Shown: positions 15,928 through 25,613, numbered from the stretch's first letter. The stretch is DNA of 32,000 nucleotides from Nitrososphaerota archaeon (GCA_002713205.1 PAVW01000013.1:30001-62000); one strand, 5' to 3'. Notes: generated from the letters alone by a model not told the origin. Program-made: numbers and translations.

Positions 15928-17415
15928 TTATGCGACACCACTAGAAATCAAATTCACGTAAACTTCGGCAATAGGATTAGAAACACCAAGGATTAACCAA
16001 GGCACAACTAAAGTCAAAACTAGAGGTATTAAATATAAAACAAGAGTTAAGGTAGAAAAATTACCCAAGTCATGATGACGGATACGAGAAGTAGTTGGAT
16101 CAGACATAACTACTCGCTTTAACATCCATAAGAAATATGCAACTGTAATAACAGGTATAGCAACTATTACAGCATAAATTGGATTCACAGCAATAGCTCC
16201 CACTATAACCATATATTCGCTAAGAAAACTACTGAAAATTGGAAGTGCCATAGCTGCCATAGAACCGAAAACTAAGAGACTGGCAAGTCGAGGACTTGTG
16301 AATTTAAGTCCTTTAATAACAGTAATATCTCTAGTTCCTGAAACTTTATGCAAGTAACCAGATAGCATAAACATCAATCCAACGGCTGCTGCATGTGTAA
16401 ACATTTGAAAAATAGCACCAGATATTCCAAATACTGTCCCAGTAAATGCGCCAAGAATCACAAATCCCATATGATTTACACTTGTAAGGGCAATCATTTT
16501 TTTAATGTCTGTTTGAACTAAAGCTACAAAAGCGCCATAGAACATTGTAATAACACCAATTAAAATAAAGACCCAAGCGTACTGAGCTGAAGCTTCTGGG
16601 AGAAGTCCTATATTAAATCGTAAAAATCCATAACCGCCCATTTTTAAAAGAAGACCTGCCAAAAGAACGCTAATCGGTGCAGGAGCTTCAACATGTGCAT
16701 CAGGTAACCAAGTATGAAATGGAACTATAGGTAATTTAACTCCAAATCCTATTAAGAACAATACCGAAGAAATAATTTGCAATCCTAAAGGAATTCTTCC
16801 AGCAACATCAGTAATATTAAATGAATTAGGGGCGACTGAGAAATAAATTAAGATAAATGCAAACAGCATAAAGATACTACCGACAAATGTGAATAAGAAA
16901 AATTTTATCGCTGCATATTTTCTACGTGGCCCACCCCATATACCAATGAATAAGAACATGGGAATAAGAACAACATCCCAGAAGACATAAAACAGAATCA
17001 TATTCAACGAAGTGAAAACTCCCATTATTGCACCTTGGAAAAGTAATAGAAGCGAATAATACAGAACTTTTCTATCAGAAATTAAATCTCTTGATCCAAT
17101 TACTACTAACAAAGACAACATAGAAGTAATAATTACAAGAGGTGCGCTAAGACCATCCATTGCAACATAATAATCTATTCCAAAATGTCGAATGATAGAA
17201 ATTGGCCCTTCAATAAAATTGTAACTTCCACCCGTTCCATTAACTAAAATTAATCGATATGCATAAAATGATAATAATAATTCAATAAATGAAATTATCG
17301 CTGCATAAATTACAATATATTTTTGAGAAGTTTTAAAAATAAGTGGCATAAGTGAAGCGCCTAAAATTGGCAAAGCAATTAAAACTGAAATTATTGGGAA
17401 ACTAAGCTCTATCAA
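15928..17415 (-). CDS. nuoM: Complex I subunit M (canonical copy)
   Basis: FYVFWDVVLIPMFLFIGIWGGPRR is the NuoM/ND4 signature. HTWLPDAHVEAPAPISVLLAGLLLKMGGYG is also present. 495 aa, TTG start. Confidence 0.9.
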   Translation of the reverse strand: MIELSFPIISVLIALPILGASLMPLIFKTSQKYIVIYAAIISFIELLLSFYAYRLILVNGTGGSYNFIEGPISIIRHFGIDYYVAMDGLSAPLVIITSMLSLLVVIGSRDLISDRKVLYYSLLLLFQGAIMGVFTSLNMILFYVFWDVVLIPMFLFIGIWGGPRRKYAAIKFFLFTFVGSIFMLFAFILIYFSVAPNSFNITDVAGRIPLGLQIISSVLFLIGFGVKLPIVPFHTWLPDAHVEAPAPISVLLAGLLLKMGGYGFLRFNIGLLPEASAQYAWVFILIGVITMFYGAFVALVQTDIKKMIALTSVNHMGFVILGAFTGTVFGISGAIFQMFTHAAAVGLMFMLSGYLHKVSGTRDITVIKGLKFTSPRLASLLVFGSMAAMALPIFSSFLSEYMVIVGAIAVNPIYAVIVAIPVITVAYFLWMLKRVVMSDPTTSRIRHHDLGNFSTLTLVLYLIPLVLTLVVPWLILGVSNPIAEVYVNLISSGVA

Positions 17416-17423
17416 AATATCAC

Positions 17424-19529
17424 CTAACCAAATAACAACAATGTTAACAATATAATTCCTAGTGCAAAGAAGAATACATATTGTTCAGTAATTCCAGTTT
17501 GAATCTTACGAACATTACGAGAAATCAATATATTAAAATTAGCAATTCGAGTTGCAGTGCCGTCAACTATGTATTTATCAAATTTCCCTCCTAAAGTTGA
17601 TAAAATAATAGAAAATTTTGGCACCACTGTATTCAATTTATCAAGAATTCCAACTTCAACATGTTTATGTATTAACTGTGAAAGTTTTAATGAGCCATTA
17701 ATGAATACGATATAATAAAGTGAATTAATATACCACCTATTAACAAAGAATTTTTGCAAAGTTAATAAGCCTGGAATATTTTTTACCGTTTCAATAGGGT
17801 TTAATTTTCCATTAATATAAAATAAATAGCCAGAGCCACAACCAACTAGAACTGCAAGAATAGATGTAGAAACAGCAATTAAATTAATAGAAAACACATG
17901 TTCGTGAATTTCCATACCAACAGCATATTCAAGATGATGTCCCAGTGAATTCGCTAAGAATCCTTCATAAATAGGTCCAGTAAATCCAAGGGCGAGTGTA
18001 AGTATGGCAAGAATAACATATGGTGCATACATTAGAACGGGTGCTTCATGAATATGTTTGCCACTCGACTTTTCTAATTTAGAAAGGTGTCTGCTTTTTT
18101 TCCCGAAAAAGATCATTCCAATCATTCTGAAGCTATAAAACGCAGTCATGATAGCAGTAATACTTGCTAATCCATAAAGTGCTATTAGAGTAAAGGAACT
18201 TTCTACGCCAAGAATTGAAGCTAAGATTGCATCTTTACTCCAGAATCCACTAAGAAGCGGAATGCCTGCTAATGATGCAGCGCCAATTGTCATTGCAATA
18301 AAAGTTAAACGCATTTGTTTACGTAATCCACCCATTTCATTCAGATATTTAGTGTGTGTTTGATGAATTATTGCGCCAGCTCCCATGAATAATGAAGCTT
18401 TAAAAATTGCATGACTGGTCAAATGAAAGAATCCTGCAACATACCCTACAATAAAGTTTGAAGTTAATCCTGCAACACCAAATGCAAGCATCATAAAACC
18501 AATTTGAGATACAGTAGAATAGGCAAGAACTTTTTTCAATTCATTTGATACCATAGCTTGGGACGCAGCTAGAAATGCAGTAATGGCTCCTATCCAAGCT
18601 ACAAATTCGAAGAAGGGCATAATTAGAGAAATATTTTCAACTGCAGTAACAAAAATCGGACCAATACGAGCAATTAAGAATACTCCTGCTTTAACCATTG
18701 TAGCAGCATGAATCAAGGCAGATACAGAAGTTGGGCCGGCCATTGCATCAGGAAGCCATTCCTGTAAAGGAAACTGAGCTGATTTTCCAATTGCGCCACC
18801 AAAAATGAAAAGTGCGACGGGTATCAATAATCCTGACTTTGCTAATTCAACAGCCCAAGTATGAGATTTTGATAATTCCATGAAATCAAATGTTCCTGAG
18901 AAATAGAACAATGTAAGAATTCCAATTAAAAATGATGCGTCGCCAACTCTAGTCATTAAGAAAGCTTTGCTACCAGCATGTGTAGGAGAATAAGCTAACG
19001 GAATTCCCCAAGCTTTCTTTCCTACGGTTCCAACATAATCTTTTTTGTGATCTTTATTCCAGAAGCTAATTAATCCATATGAACATAATCCAACACCTTC
19101 CCAGCCAAAGAATAGTTGAAGAAAATTATCGGAAAATATAATTAATTGCATACTTCCTATGAAAAATACCATTAGGAACCAATATCGGGTCATATTATTT
19201 TCACCTTTCATATAACCCATACTGTAAACCATAATTGAGAATGAAAGCCAACCGACAATATTTGACATTAAAATACTAAGTGGGTCAGCTAAAACTCCTG
19301 CAGTTATATCTAATGCAGAGATCCACATAACTTGATGATGAAATGTTTCACCAGCTAGTGCAATAGGTAGCATTGATGCACAAAGAATTGCAGAAATTAA
19401 TGTAATAAATATCGCATAATAATCTCTAATTTTTTCGCCAATACGTGCAACAATTGGCATTAATAAAGCGCCAAGTATTGGAATGGCAAATACTAACCAT
19501 GGAATTAAATAATTAATTTCAGTTGACAT
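17424..19529 (-). CDS. nuoL: Complex I subunit L, unusually long (701 aa), with an extended C-terminal lateral-helix region
   Basis: NuoL/ND5 motifs FFGWEGVGLCSYGLISFW and QEWLPDAMAGPTSVSALIHAATMVKAGVF. The C-terminal part has WYINSLY...IVDG...KIQTG followed by a final TM helix. The ATG overlaps the upstream TAA by 1 nt. Confidence 0.92.
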   Translation of the reverse strand: MSTEINYLIPWLVFAIPILGALLMPIVARIGEKIRDYYAIFITLISAILCASMLPIALAGETFHHQVMWISALDITAGVLADPLSILMSNIVGWLSFSIMVYSMGYMKGENNMTRYWFLMVFFIGSMQLIIFSDNFLQLFFGWEGVGLCSYGLISFWNKDHKKDYVGTVGKKAWGIPLAYSPTHAGSKAFLMTRVGDASFLIGILTLFYFSGTFDFMELSKSHTWAVELAKSGLLIPVALFIFGGAIGKSAQFPLQEWLPDAMAGPTSVSALIHAATMVKAGVFLIARIGPIFVTAVENISLIMPFFEFVAWIGAITAFLAASQAMVSNELKKVLAYSTVSQIGFMMLAFGVAGLTSNFIVGYVAGFFHLTSHAIFKASLFMGAGAIIHQTHTKYLNEMGGLRKQMRLTFIAMTIGAASLAGIPLLSGFWSKDAILASILGVESSFTLIALYGLASITAIMTAFYSFRMIGMIFFGKKSRHLSKLEKSSGKHIHEAPVLMYAPYVILAILTLALGFTGPIYEGFLANSLGHHLEYAVGMEIHEHVFSINLIAVSTSILAVLVGCGSGYLFYINGKLNPIETVKNIPGLLTLQKFFVNRWYINSLYYIVFINGSLKLSQLIHKHVEVGILDKLNTVVPKFSIILSTLGGKFDKYIVDGTATRIANFNILISRNVRKIQTGITEQYVFFFALGIILLTLLLFG

Positions 19530-21034
19530 TATCCTATACCTCCAAATACATTTTGAAGTAACGGGACTAAATTATCAGTAATAACAGATGGATAGATACC
19601 AATTATGAGAGTTAAGGCAGAAAGAAAGAGCAATGGAATGGTTATATGAAATGATGGATCTTTTATATTTTTAAATTCTGATGGTAGTTCGCCAAAGAAA
19701 ACTTTACGTATAGTAAGTAGAGCATATCCAGCAGTAATTGGCGTACCAGCTAGAGCAATGGCTGTAAGAATAAGTTTACCAGTAGAACCAGTCTCAAGTG
19801 CGCCAGCAAATGAACCTGCAAAAATCATCCACTCAGATTGAAATCCACTTGTAGGTGGAACTCCAACTATTGCAAGAAAACCTATCATTGCTGCAATACC
19901 TGTTATTGGAAGTTTGCTACCAAGTCCTCCGAGTTTTTTTATGCTTCTTACACCACCAGTTTGCATTATGATAGAACCAGCAGCCATGAACAGAAGAGCT
20001 TTTCCTGTTCCATGACTAACATAATGAAACACAGAACCAGTTACACCCAAGTAATAGAGCGAACCCATTCCAAAGATGATATAACCCATTTGACTTACAC
20101 TGGAATAAGCCAATAATCTTTTCAGATCGTCTTGAGCATATGCCATTAAGCCACCATAAATCATTGTCAATAATCCCCACAAACTAATTGCAAATACAAT
20201 AGTTGGATAAATTGAAGGGAGTATAAACAGAAATATTCGTAGAAATGCATATGCACCAATACCAATCATAGCTGGTGAAAGTAAAGCACTTATTGGAGTT
20301 GGTGATTCTGCATGTGCGTATGGTAACCAAACATGAAGTCCTGCAGCAGCTAATTTAGTCAATAATCCAACACTAATTGCAATGCCAACCCAAACGCGTA
20401 GTGAAGAAGGCAATCCACTTTCATTTAAATCAAAAAAGTTGAAACTTCCTCCAAAGAATCCAATTGTTAAAATTCCTCCAAGAAGAAAAATTGCTCCGAC
20501 ATGAGTCCATAAGAAATACATTAATGAAATTTTTTGGCGTTCTCCATAACCAAATTCTGCTATTAAAAAGAATGAAGGAATAAGCATTAGTTCAAAGAAT
20601 ATATAAAATTGGATTAAATTTGTGGCAAGTACAGTTCCAAGCATTCCTGCAGCATAAACAAGATACAAAGCATAATATAATGAAATTTTTCGATTGATGG
20701 TATCACTAATTGCCTTTTTAGAATGAAGATCTTCTTTGATTCTATGGGCCATGTAAGGAATAGAATACATTGCAATAACGGTAGAAAGAATATAGATAAG
20801 TGCTGCAAATGGAAAACTTAATCCGTCAAGAAATAATCCAAATTCGCCAATAGGTTCCCAATTATAGCTTTCTAAGTGTTCTGGGGATGAAAATCCTGAA
20901 TAAAGTAACAAAGACGTGCAATAAAAAAGAATTAGAAATACTAACCATCCTACATTCTTGCCAATTCTTAATCCAATAAAATAAATCAGAGGGGCTAAAA
21001 TTATTGGTAAAAACACGGCTTGTAAAAGTAGCAT
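19529..21034 (-). CDS. nuoM: Additional NuoM-like antiporter subunit (second M copy, divergent)
   Basis: A 501-aa polytopic protein with FYIFFELMLIPSFFLIAEFGYG and HVWLPYAHAESPTPISALLSPAMIGIGAYA (Mrp/NuoM-type). It lies between nuoK and nuoL. Confidence 0.85.
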   Translation of the reverse strand: MLLLQAVFLPIILAPLIYFIGLRIGKNVGWLVFLILFYCTSLLLYSGFSSPEHLESYNWEPIGEFGLFLDGLSFPFAALIYILSTVIAMYSIPYMAHRIKEDLHSKKAISDTINRKISLYYALYLVYAAGMLGTVLATNLIQFYIFFELMLIPSFFLIAEFGYGERQKISLMYFLWTHVGAIFLLGGILTIGFFGGSFNFFDLNESGLPSSLRVWVGIAISVGLLTKLAAAGLHVWLPYAHAESPTPISALLSPAMIGIGAYAFLRIFLFILPSIYPTIVFAISLWGLLTMIYGGLMAYAQDDLKRLLAYSSVSQMGYIIFGMGSLYYLGVTGSVFHYVSHGTGKALLFMAAGSIIMQTGGVRSIKKLGGLGSKLPITGIAAMIGFLAIVGVPPTSGFQSEWMIFAGSFAGALETGSTGKLILTAIALAGTPITAGYALLTIRKVFFGELPSEFKNIKDPSFHITIPLLFLSALTLIIGIYPSVITDNLVPLLQNVFGGIG

Positions 21035-21037
21035 AAA

Positions 21038-21346
21038 TTATCCCCTTAACTTTTTGAGTTCCAAAACGTCAATATCGTTGTTCAGTCTAAATGCTTGTAC
21101 AATTATTGCCAATCCTACTGCAGCTTCTGCTGCTGCTAATGCTATAGCAAAGATAGCAAATGTTTGGCCAGTAACAATAGGAGTTTCAGAATATCTTGCA
21201 AAAGCAACGAAATTAATTATTGCAGCATTAATAATTATTTCAACTGAAAAAAGAAGTCGAATCGCATTACGTTTAGCAATTAGTCCATATATCCCCACGG
21301 ATAATAAGGCCAACGATAAAATAAAGTAATTAAAAAGCGGTTCCAT
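21038..21346 (-). CDS. nuoK: Complex I subunit K
   Basis: 102 aa, three TM helices, with the conserved membrane Glu context (LFSVEIIINA, AAAEAAVGLAI). Confidence 0.9.
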   Translation of the reverse strand: MEPLFNYFILSLALLSVGIYGLIAKRNAIRLLFSVEIIINAAIINFVAFARYSETPIVTGQTFAIFAIALAAAEAAVGLAIIVQAFRLNNDIDVLELKKLRG

Positions 21347-21347
21347 A

Positions 21348-21851
21348 TCAATTCTTCCTCTCTATCTTCGCCATAGTTAATGCACCAATAACTGAGACTG
21401 CAAGAACTAGACCAGTGACCTCGAGGATTAACCAATAATCGTTAATCATTTGGATTCCAATATCATAAAAATCTGGAATGGATGAATTTGGTGTAATTAT
21501 ATTAGATAGACCTGAATTATATGAGACGTATCCAATAACAAGAAAGAATGTAAGTGCGGTAACAATTCCAACAATTCGTTCATTACCAGATTTAATTGTT
21601 GACCATTTCTCTCTTCGGACAAGCATTATAACAAATATAATTAGTACTGAAATTGAACCAATATAAACAAGAATCTGGAACATAGCTAAATATAACGCGT
21701 CTAGAAGAATGAATATTGCAGCAACACCAAGAAAAGAAAGAGCTAGAGCTACCGCACCATATACTAGTTCCCGAGATTCTAATGATAGAATTGCAGCAAT
21801 TAACGTAACAAGAGATATTACCAAAAAAACCAAATCAGTCGTGATGAGCAC
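21348..21851 (-). CDS. nuoJ: Complex I subunit J
   Basis: A 167-aa hydrophobic protein in the canonical operon position between nuoI and nuoK. The tracked start is GTG at 21851, overlapping nuoI by 17 nt. A TTG at 21833 is an alternative. Confidence 0.85.
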   Translation of the reverse strand: MLITTDLVFLVISLVTLIAAILSLESRELVYGAVALALSFLGVAAIFILLDALYLAMFQILVYIGSISVLIIFVIMLVRREKWSTIKSGNERIVGIVTALTFFLVIGYVSYNSGLSNIITPNSSIPDFYDIGIQMINDYWLILEVTGLVLAVSVIGALTMAKIERKN

Positions 21852-22338
21852 CTCGTTTACCAGGTACTAATTTAACAGTGCCTTTCTTTTCTGGAAATAC
21901 TGCAAGTTGAAAAGGCGTATGGACAAGTTTTCTTTTGTCAGTGACAGAGAGTTCATATTCTGGAGTCATAAACAAACAATCAAATGGGCATGCATCAACA
22001 CAAAAACCACAAAAAACACATCTGCCATAATCAATTTGAGGCATAATACTTCTTTCATTAATTGGCCAGTTACCCTCTACACGGACCATATCAATGCAAT
22101 CAGCAATATTTTCACAGGCAATGGCACATAAGGAACAACCTGTACATTTGTCTGTATAAAGAATATGCCTACCCTTAAAACCAGGACTTCCAGTATCGGT
22201 TTTGTAATCAAAAGTATAACCTGAATCTATCTCCAGTTTTTCTTCAGGATAACGTAATGTCATTCGTTTTTTAAATATATTACGAATGCCTACAGCAAAT
22301 GCAATAAAAATTGCTTTAATAACGGTATAAATCATCAA
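21835..22338 (-). CDS. nuoI: Complex I subunit I (2 x [4Fe-4S] ferredoxin)
   Basis: Two cluster motifs are present: CTGCSLCAIAC and CVFCGFCVDACP. ATGA start/stop overlap with nuoH. Confidence 0.93.
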   Translation of the reverse strand: MMIYTVIKAIFIAFAVGIRNIFKKRMTLRYPEEKLEIDSGYTFDYKTDTGSPGFKGRHILYTDKCTGCSLCAIACENIADCIDMVRVEGNWPINERSIMPQIDYGRCVFCGFCVDACPFDCLFMTPEYELSVTDKRKLVHTPFQLAVFPEKKGTVKLVPGKRGAHHD

Positions 22339-23504
22339 ATCACTCCTAATGATACTTCAATTACGGCAATAAATAAATTTATGAAAGAGAGTACAATTAA
22401 CCAGACCCAGCCAAGACGTATCAATTGATCAATTCGAAGTCTTGGCATTACTGCTCGTGGAAGAATTACAATAGTAATAACAAAAAATAGCTTAATGAGC
22501 AACCAAGCTAATGGTGGAAGAAAAGCAGGTCCATACCATCCTCCAAGAAACAATAAAGTAAACAATAATGAAAGAGCATAGAACTTAATATACACACCAA
22601 GTTGTAATAAACCAAAGTGCATTCCGGTATATTCTGTCAACCAACCCGAAACTAATTCTGTTTCAGCTTCTGGAATATCAAAAGGTACTCGTTCAAGTTC
22701 GGAAAGAATTGTTATATAGAATATAATTGCTCCAAGTAACTGAGGGAATATAAACCAGACTTGTTGTTGGGATTCAACAATACTAATTAGGTCTAATGAT
22801 CCACTTAGAATAACTACTCCTAATACTGAGATTAACATTGGTATTTCATAAGCAACAAGTTGGTGTAAAGCTCTTAATCCACCAATAAAAGCAAATTTAT
22901 TACTACTAGCCCATGCAGCAATCAACACTATCAATGGACTAAATCCAATTATTGCAAAAGGAATTAATAAACTAACATCTGAACGTGCAATGTAAATATT
23001 TGGAGACAATGGCAATACTGCTAATAGAGCCGCACCGAGTCCAATAGACAAAATAGGTGCTGACCAAAAGAAGAATTTATCTGCTTTTTCTGGTACAACA
23101 ATTTCTTTACCTAGTAATTTAAAGAGATCGGCAATTGGCTGAAGCACTCCTTCAAATCTTCCTGCGTATAGAGGACCAACTCTTAATTGTACTTTAGCAA
23201 TCAATTTTCTTTCATATAAAATGGTTATAGTAGCAATTAATGCAGCAAATGTAAATCCAGGAAAAGCAGCAATTTTAAAGAATGTGGAAGAGGGGCCAAC
23301 CCCATATTTATTTGCAAGTTGAATGCCCTTTATTGGATCAATTAATGCAGTAAGGAATTCATTGGTTGTTGGAACTGATATTCCAAGTAGTGGGATAAGA
23401 AGAAAGAATACAGGAAATATAATTACTGGAGATAGTAACAGTAACCAGAATAGAATTGAAAGTATACGTTTTAAAAAATCTTCAAATGTTTCCATAATTC
23501 TCAC
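22335..23504 (-). CDS. nuoH: Complex I subunit H (with an N-terminal extension)
   Basis: YERKLIAKVQLRVGP matches the NuoH/ND1 signature ERK..a..Q.R.GP, and ELVSGWLTEYTG and a polytopic profile are present. The start is either GTG at 23504 (GTGA overlap with nuoD) or ATG at 23495. Confidence 0.9.
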   Translation of the reverse strand: MRIMETFEDFLKRILSILFWLLLLSPVIIFPVFFLLIPLLGISVPTTNEFLTALIDPIKGIQLANKYGVGPSSTFFKIAAFPGFTFAALIATITILYERKLIAKVQLRVGPLYAGRFEGVLQPIADLFKLLGKEIVVPEKADKFFFWSAPILSIGLGAALLAVLPLSPNIYIARSDVSLLIPFAIIGFSPLIVLIAAWASSNKFAFIGGLRALHQLVAYEIPMLISVLGVVILSGSLDLISIVESQQQVWFIFPQLLGAIIFYITILSELERVPFDIPEAETELVSGWLTEYTGMHFGLLQLGVYIKFYALSLLFTLLFLGGWYGPAFLPPLAWLLIKLFFVITIVILPRAVMPRLRIDQLIRLGWVWLIVLSFINLFIAVIEVSLGVI

Positions 23505-24607
23505 TTATCTGCTTCTACAGGCCAATAGTCTAGACTCCAATAAATAGCAGGCATATCAGCTAATCTGCTACCTACAAGCAAGTGAGACATTCCAATTAGA
23601 TTTCTAAAAGAAGGAACACTAATTTTTACGCGGTAAGGAAATCTTTCACCATTACTAACAATATGATAAAACATTGTTCCACGAGCAGCTTCAGTTCGTA
23701 CAAATGCTTCACCAGGTTCTCCTCGCATAACTCCACGAATAACGTGTTTTATAGGACCGGGTTTCATACGATCCAAAACTTGCCGAATTATATCCATACT
23801 TTGTTGTAATTCTCTTAAACGAACCATACATCTGGCATATGAATCACCTTCTTTGTATACAGGAATATCGAAACGAATTTTATTATAAAAACAATAGGGT
23901 TCATCTTTACGTGTATCTGAATTTATTCCAGATGCTCGAAGATTTGGTCCTGTAATACCCAATTTTACAGCATTTTGTTTTTTCAGAATTCCAATTCCAA
24001 CAGTACGACTCTGCATTAAAGGATTATTGAAGAAGATTTCTTCATATTCTTTAATTCGTTTTTCAAAATATTGAAAGGTCTTGAGAGCACGTTCTTTAAA
24101 ACCTCCTGGGATATCATTTCTCACTCCGCCTGGAACCACATATGAAAAGGTAACTCGAGTTCCACCAATAGATTCAGCCAAGTCAATAAATAACTCTCGA
24201 TCGCCCATTGGCCACATAAACATAGTTGAATGTCCAAGAAAAATCCCATATATTGCCAACCAATACAAATGAGAAATTATTCGATTTAATTCTGCCATTA
24301 TCATTCTGATATATTGAGCTCTTTCTGGTGGTTCTACATCCAGTATTTTTTCTGCAGTTAACACATATGGTAATGTTATTCCTGTAGCATCGATTATAAC
24401 AGGTCTTTCTAAATGAGGGATGTTTTGAATATAGGTTCTATATTCAGCCATTTTCTCTGCACCACGGTGAACGTAACCAGGATCAGGTTTAGCATCTATT
24501 ATGTAATCACCATCAAGTGTAATAACAATACGAAAATGTCCGGAACCTGGATGTTGCGGTCCCACATGAAGAACCATTTTGTCTCCGCCTTGATCAACGA
24601 CTTGCAT
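23501..24607 (-). CDS. nuoD: Complex I subunit D (49 kDa)
   Basis: VGPQHPGSGHFRI, HRGAEK, ERPVIIDA... and the C-terminal SLDYWPVEADK are typical of NuoD. The ATG is 1 nt after the nuoC stop. Confidence 0.93.
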   Translation of the reverse strand: MQVVDQGGDKMVLHVGPQHPGSGHFRIVITLDGDYIIDAKPDPGYVHRGAEKMAEYRTYIQNIPHLERPVIIDATGITLPYVLTAEKILDVEPPERAQYIRMIMAELNRIISHLYWLAIYGIFLGHSTMFMWPMGDRELFIDLAESIGGTRVTFSYVVPGGVRNDIPGGFKERALKTFQYFEKRIKEYEEIFFNNPLMQSRTVGIGILKKQNAVKLGITGPNLRASGINSDTRKDEPYCFYNKIRFDIPVYKEGDSYARCMVRLRELQQSMDIIRQVLDRMKPGPIKHVIRGVMRGEPGEAFVRTEAARGTMFYHIVSNGERFPYRVKISVPSFRNLIGMSHLLVGSRLADMPAIYWSLDYWPVEADK

Positions 24608-24608
24608 A

Positions 24609-25088
24609 TTAGTCCCTGCCTGGAAGTGAAAAATCCTTTCTTAGAGGAGGTATATCATCCCAATCTTCAGGAAGAAGTAATCTTTCCATACGGGGATGAT
24701 TGAGAAATGTAATTCCAAAATTTTCAAATGTTTCCTGTTCATGAAATTCTACACTGGGCCAAATATCAAGTAAAGTTTCAATCTCCGGTTTGTTCTTAGG
24801 AATAGTTGTCATTATAGCAAACATAATACGTCGAAATTTTTTGATTGAAACACATATAGCATGATATTCAACTCGGAATAAATTATCGTCAGGATAATCT
24901 GTTGCACCTTGGGAAATTATTTGATCAAACCCAAGTTCCTTAATTGCAAGTGCAACTGCTTTGAGATTAGTTGGAGAAGTTGAAATTTTTATTCTATTAG
25001 GTTCTACATACTCTTCAGTTATTTGTTTATTAAATTTGGTTTTTAGACCTTTAACTAATTTAGTTTCGGTAATTGTATTTTTGGACAT
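24609..25088 (-). CDS. nuoC: Complex I subunit C (30 kDa)
   Basis: DIWPSVEFHEQETFENFGITFLNHPRMERLLLPEDW matches the NuoC core (W..a.w.ERE..D.fG..F.gHP). Confidence 0.9.
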   Translation of the reverse strand: MSKNTITETKLVKGLKTKFNKQITEEYVEPNRIKISTSPTNLKAVALAIKELGFDQIISQGATDYPDDNLFRVEYHAICVSIKKFRRIMFAIMTTIPKNKPEIETLLDIWPSVEFHEQETFENFGITFLNHPRMERLLLPEDWDDIPPLRKDFSLPGRD

Positions 25089-25100
25089 GTTTTAAATTTA

Positions 25101-25613
25101 TTACACCTTAGATTTTCTTATTTTGTTTTGTAATTCAATTATTCCTTGAATTAGTGTTTCTGGTCTAGGAGGACAACCAGGAATGTAAACATCAACAGGA
25201 ACTATTTTATCAACTCCTTGTAATACATTATATGAATCAACATACAAACCGCCAGAAATAGCACATGCCCCCATTGCAATAACCCATTTAGGTTCTGGCA
25301 TTTGTTCATATACCCATTTCATTCTAGGTGCCATTTTTCTAGTAACGGTACCTTGAACTACTAAAATATCACATTGTCTTAAGGATCCAAAAGCTTCTAA
25401 CATACCAAATCTTTCAAGATCATGGCGTGGACCTGAAGCAGCTCCAAACTCAATACTACAGCAAGCAGTTTCTAGATGTACTGGCCATAATGAATAGAGT
25501 CTACCCCAATTAATTAAATAACGAATAGGTTCTCTAACGTTTTTTTCTATAACATTGGCAAATAAATCACTAGCTTTTCCAACCAGTAAATTTAGTGTAG
25601 GATCAGTTACCAA
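25101..25613 (-). CDS. nuoB: Complex I subunit B (20 kDa, N2 cluster)
   Basis: CCSIEF...GACAISGG...IPGCPPRPE provides the Cys ligands of the NuoB [4Fe-4S] cluster. I place the start at the TTG at 25613, overlapping the nuoA TAA. The tracked ORF start at 25730 would overlap nuoA by 124 nt in another frame. Confidence 0.85.
   Translation of the reverse strand: MVTDPTLNLLVGKASDLFANVIEKNVREPIRYLINWGRLYSLWPVHLETACCSIEFGAASGPRHDLERFGMLEAFGSLRQCDILVVQGTVTRKMAPRMKWVYEQMPEPKWVIAMGACAISGGLYVDSYNVLQGVDKIVPVDVYIPGCPPRPETLIQGIIELQNKIRKSKV

Noticed and set aside
21054-21329. Long ORFs antisense to well-supported genes. Examples are 21054-21329 (+) opposite nuoK, 28114-28563 (+, 149 aa) opposite the ACAD, 19838-20116 (+), 24413-24703 (+), 13091-13303 (+), 1528-1806 (-) and 12028-12252 (-).
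   Set aside because: Each lies wholly inside a gene whose protein shows strong family motifs on the other strand. Their translations are low-complexity or mirror-frame artefacts with no recognisable motifs. AT-rich genomes with few stop codons in antisense frames produce these routinely.
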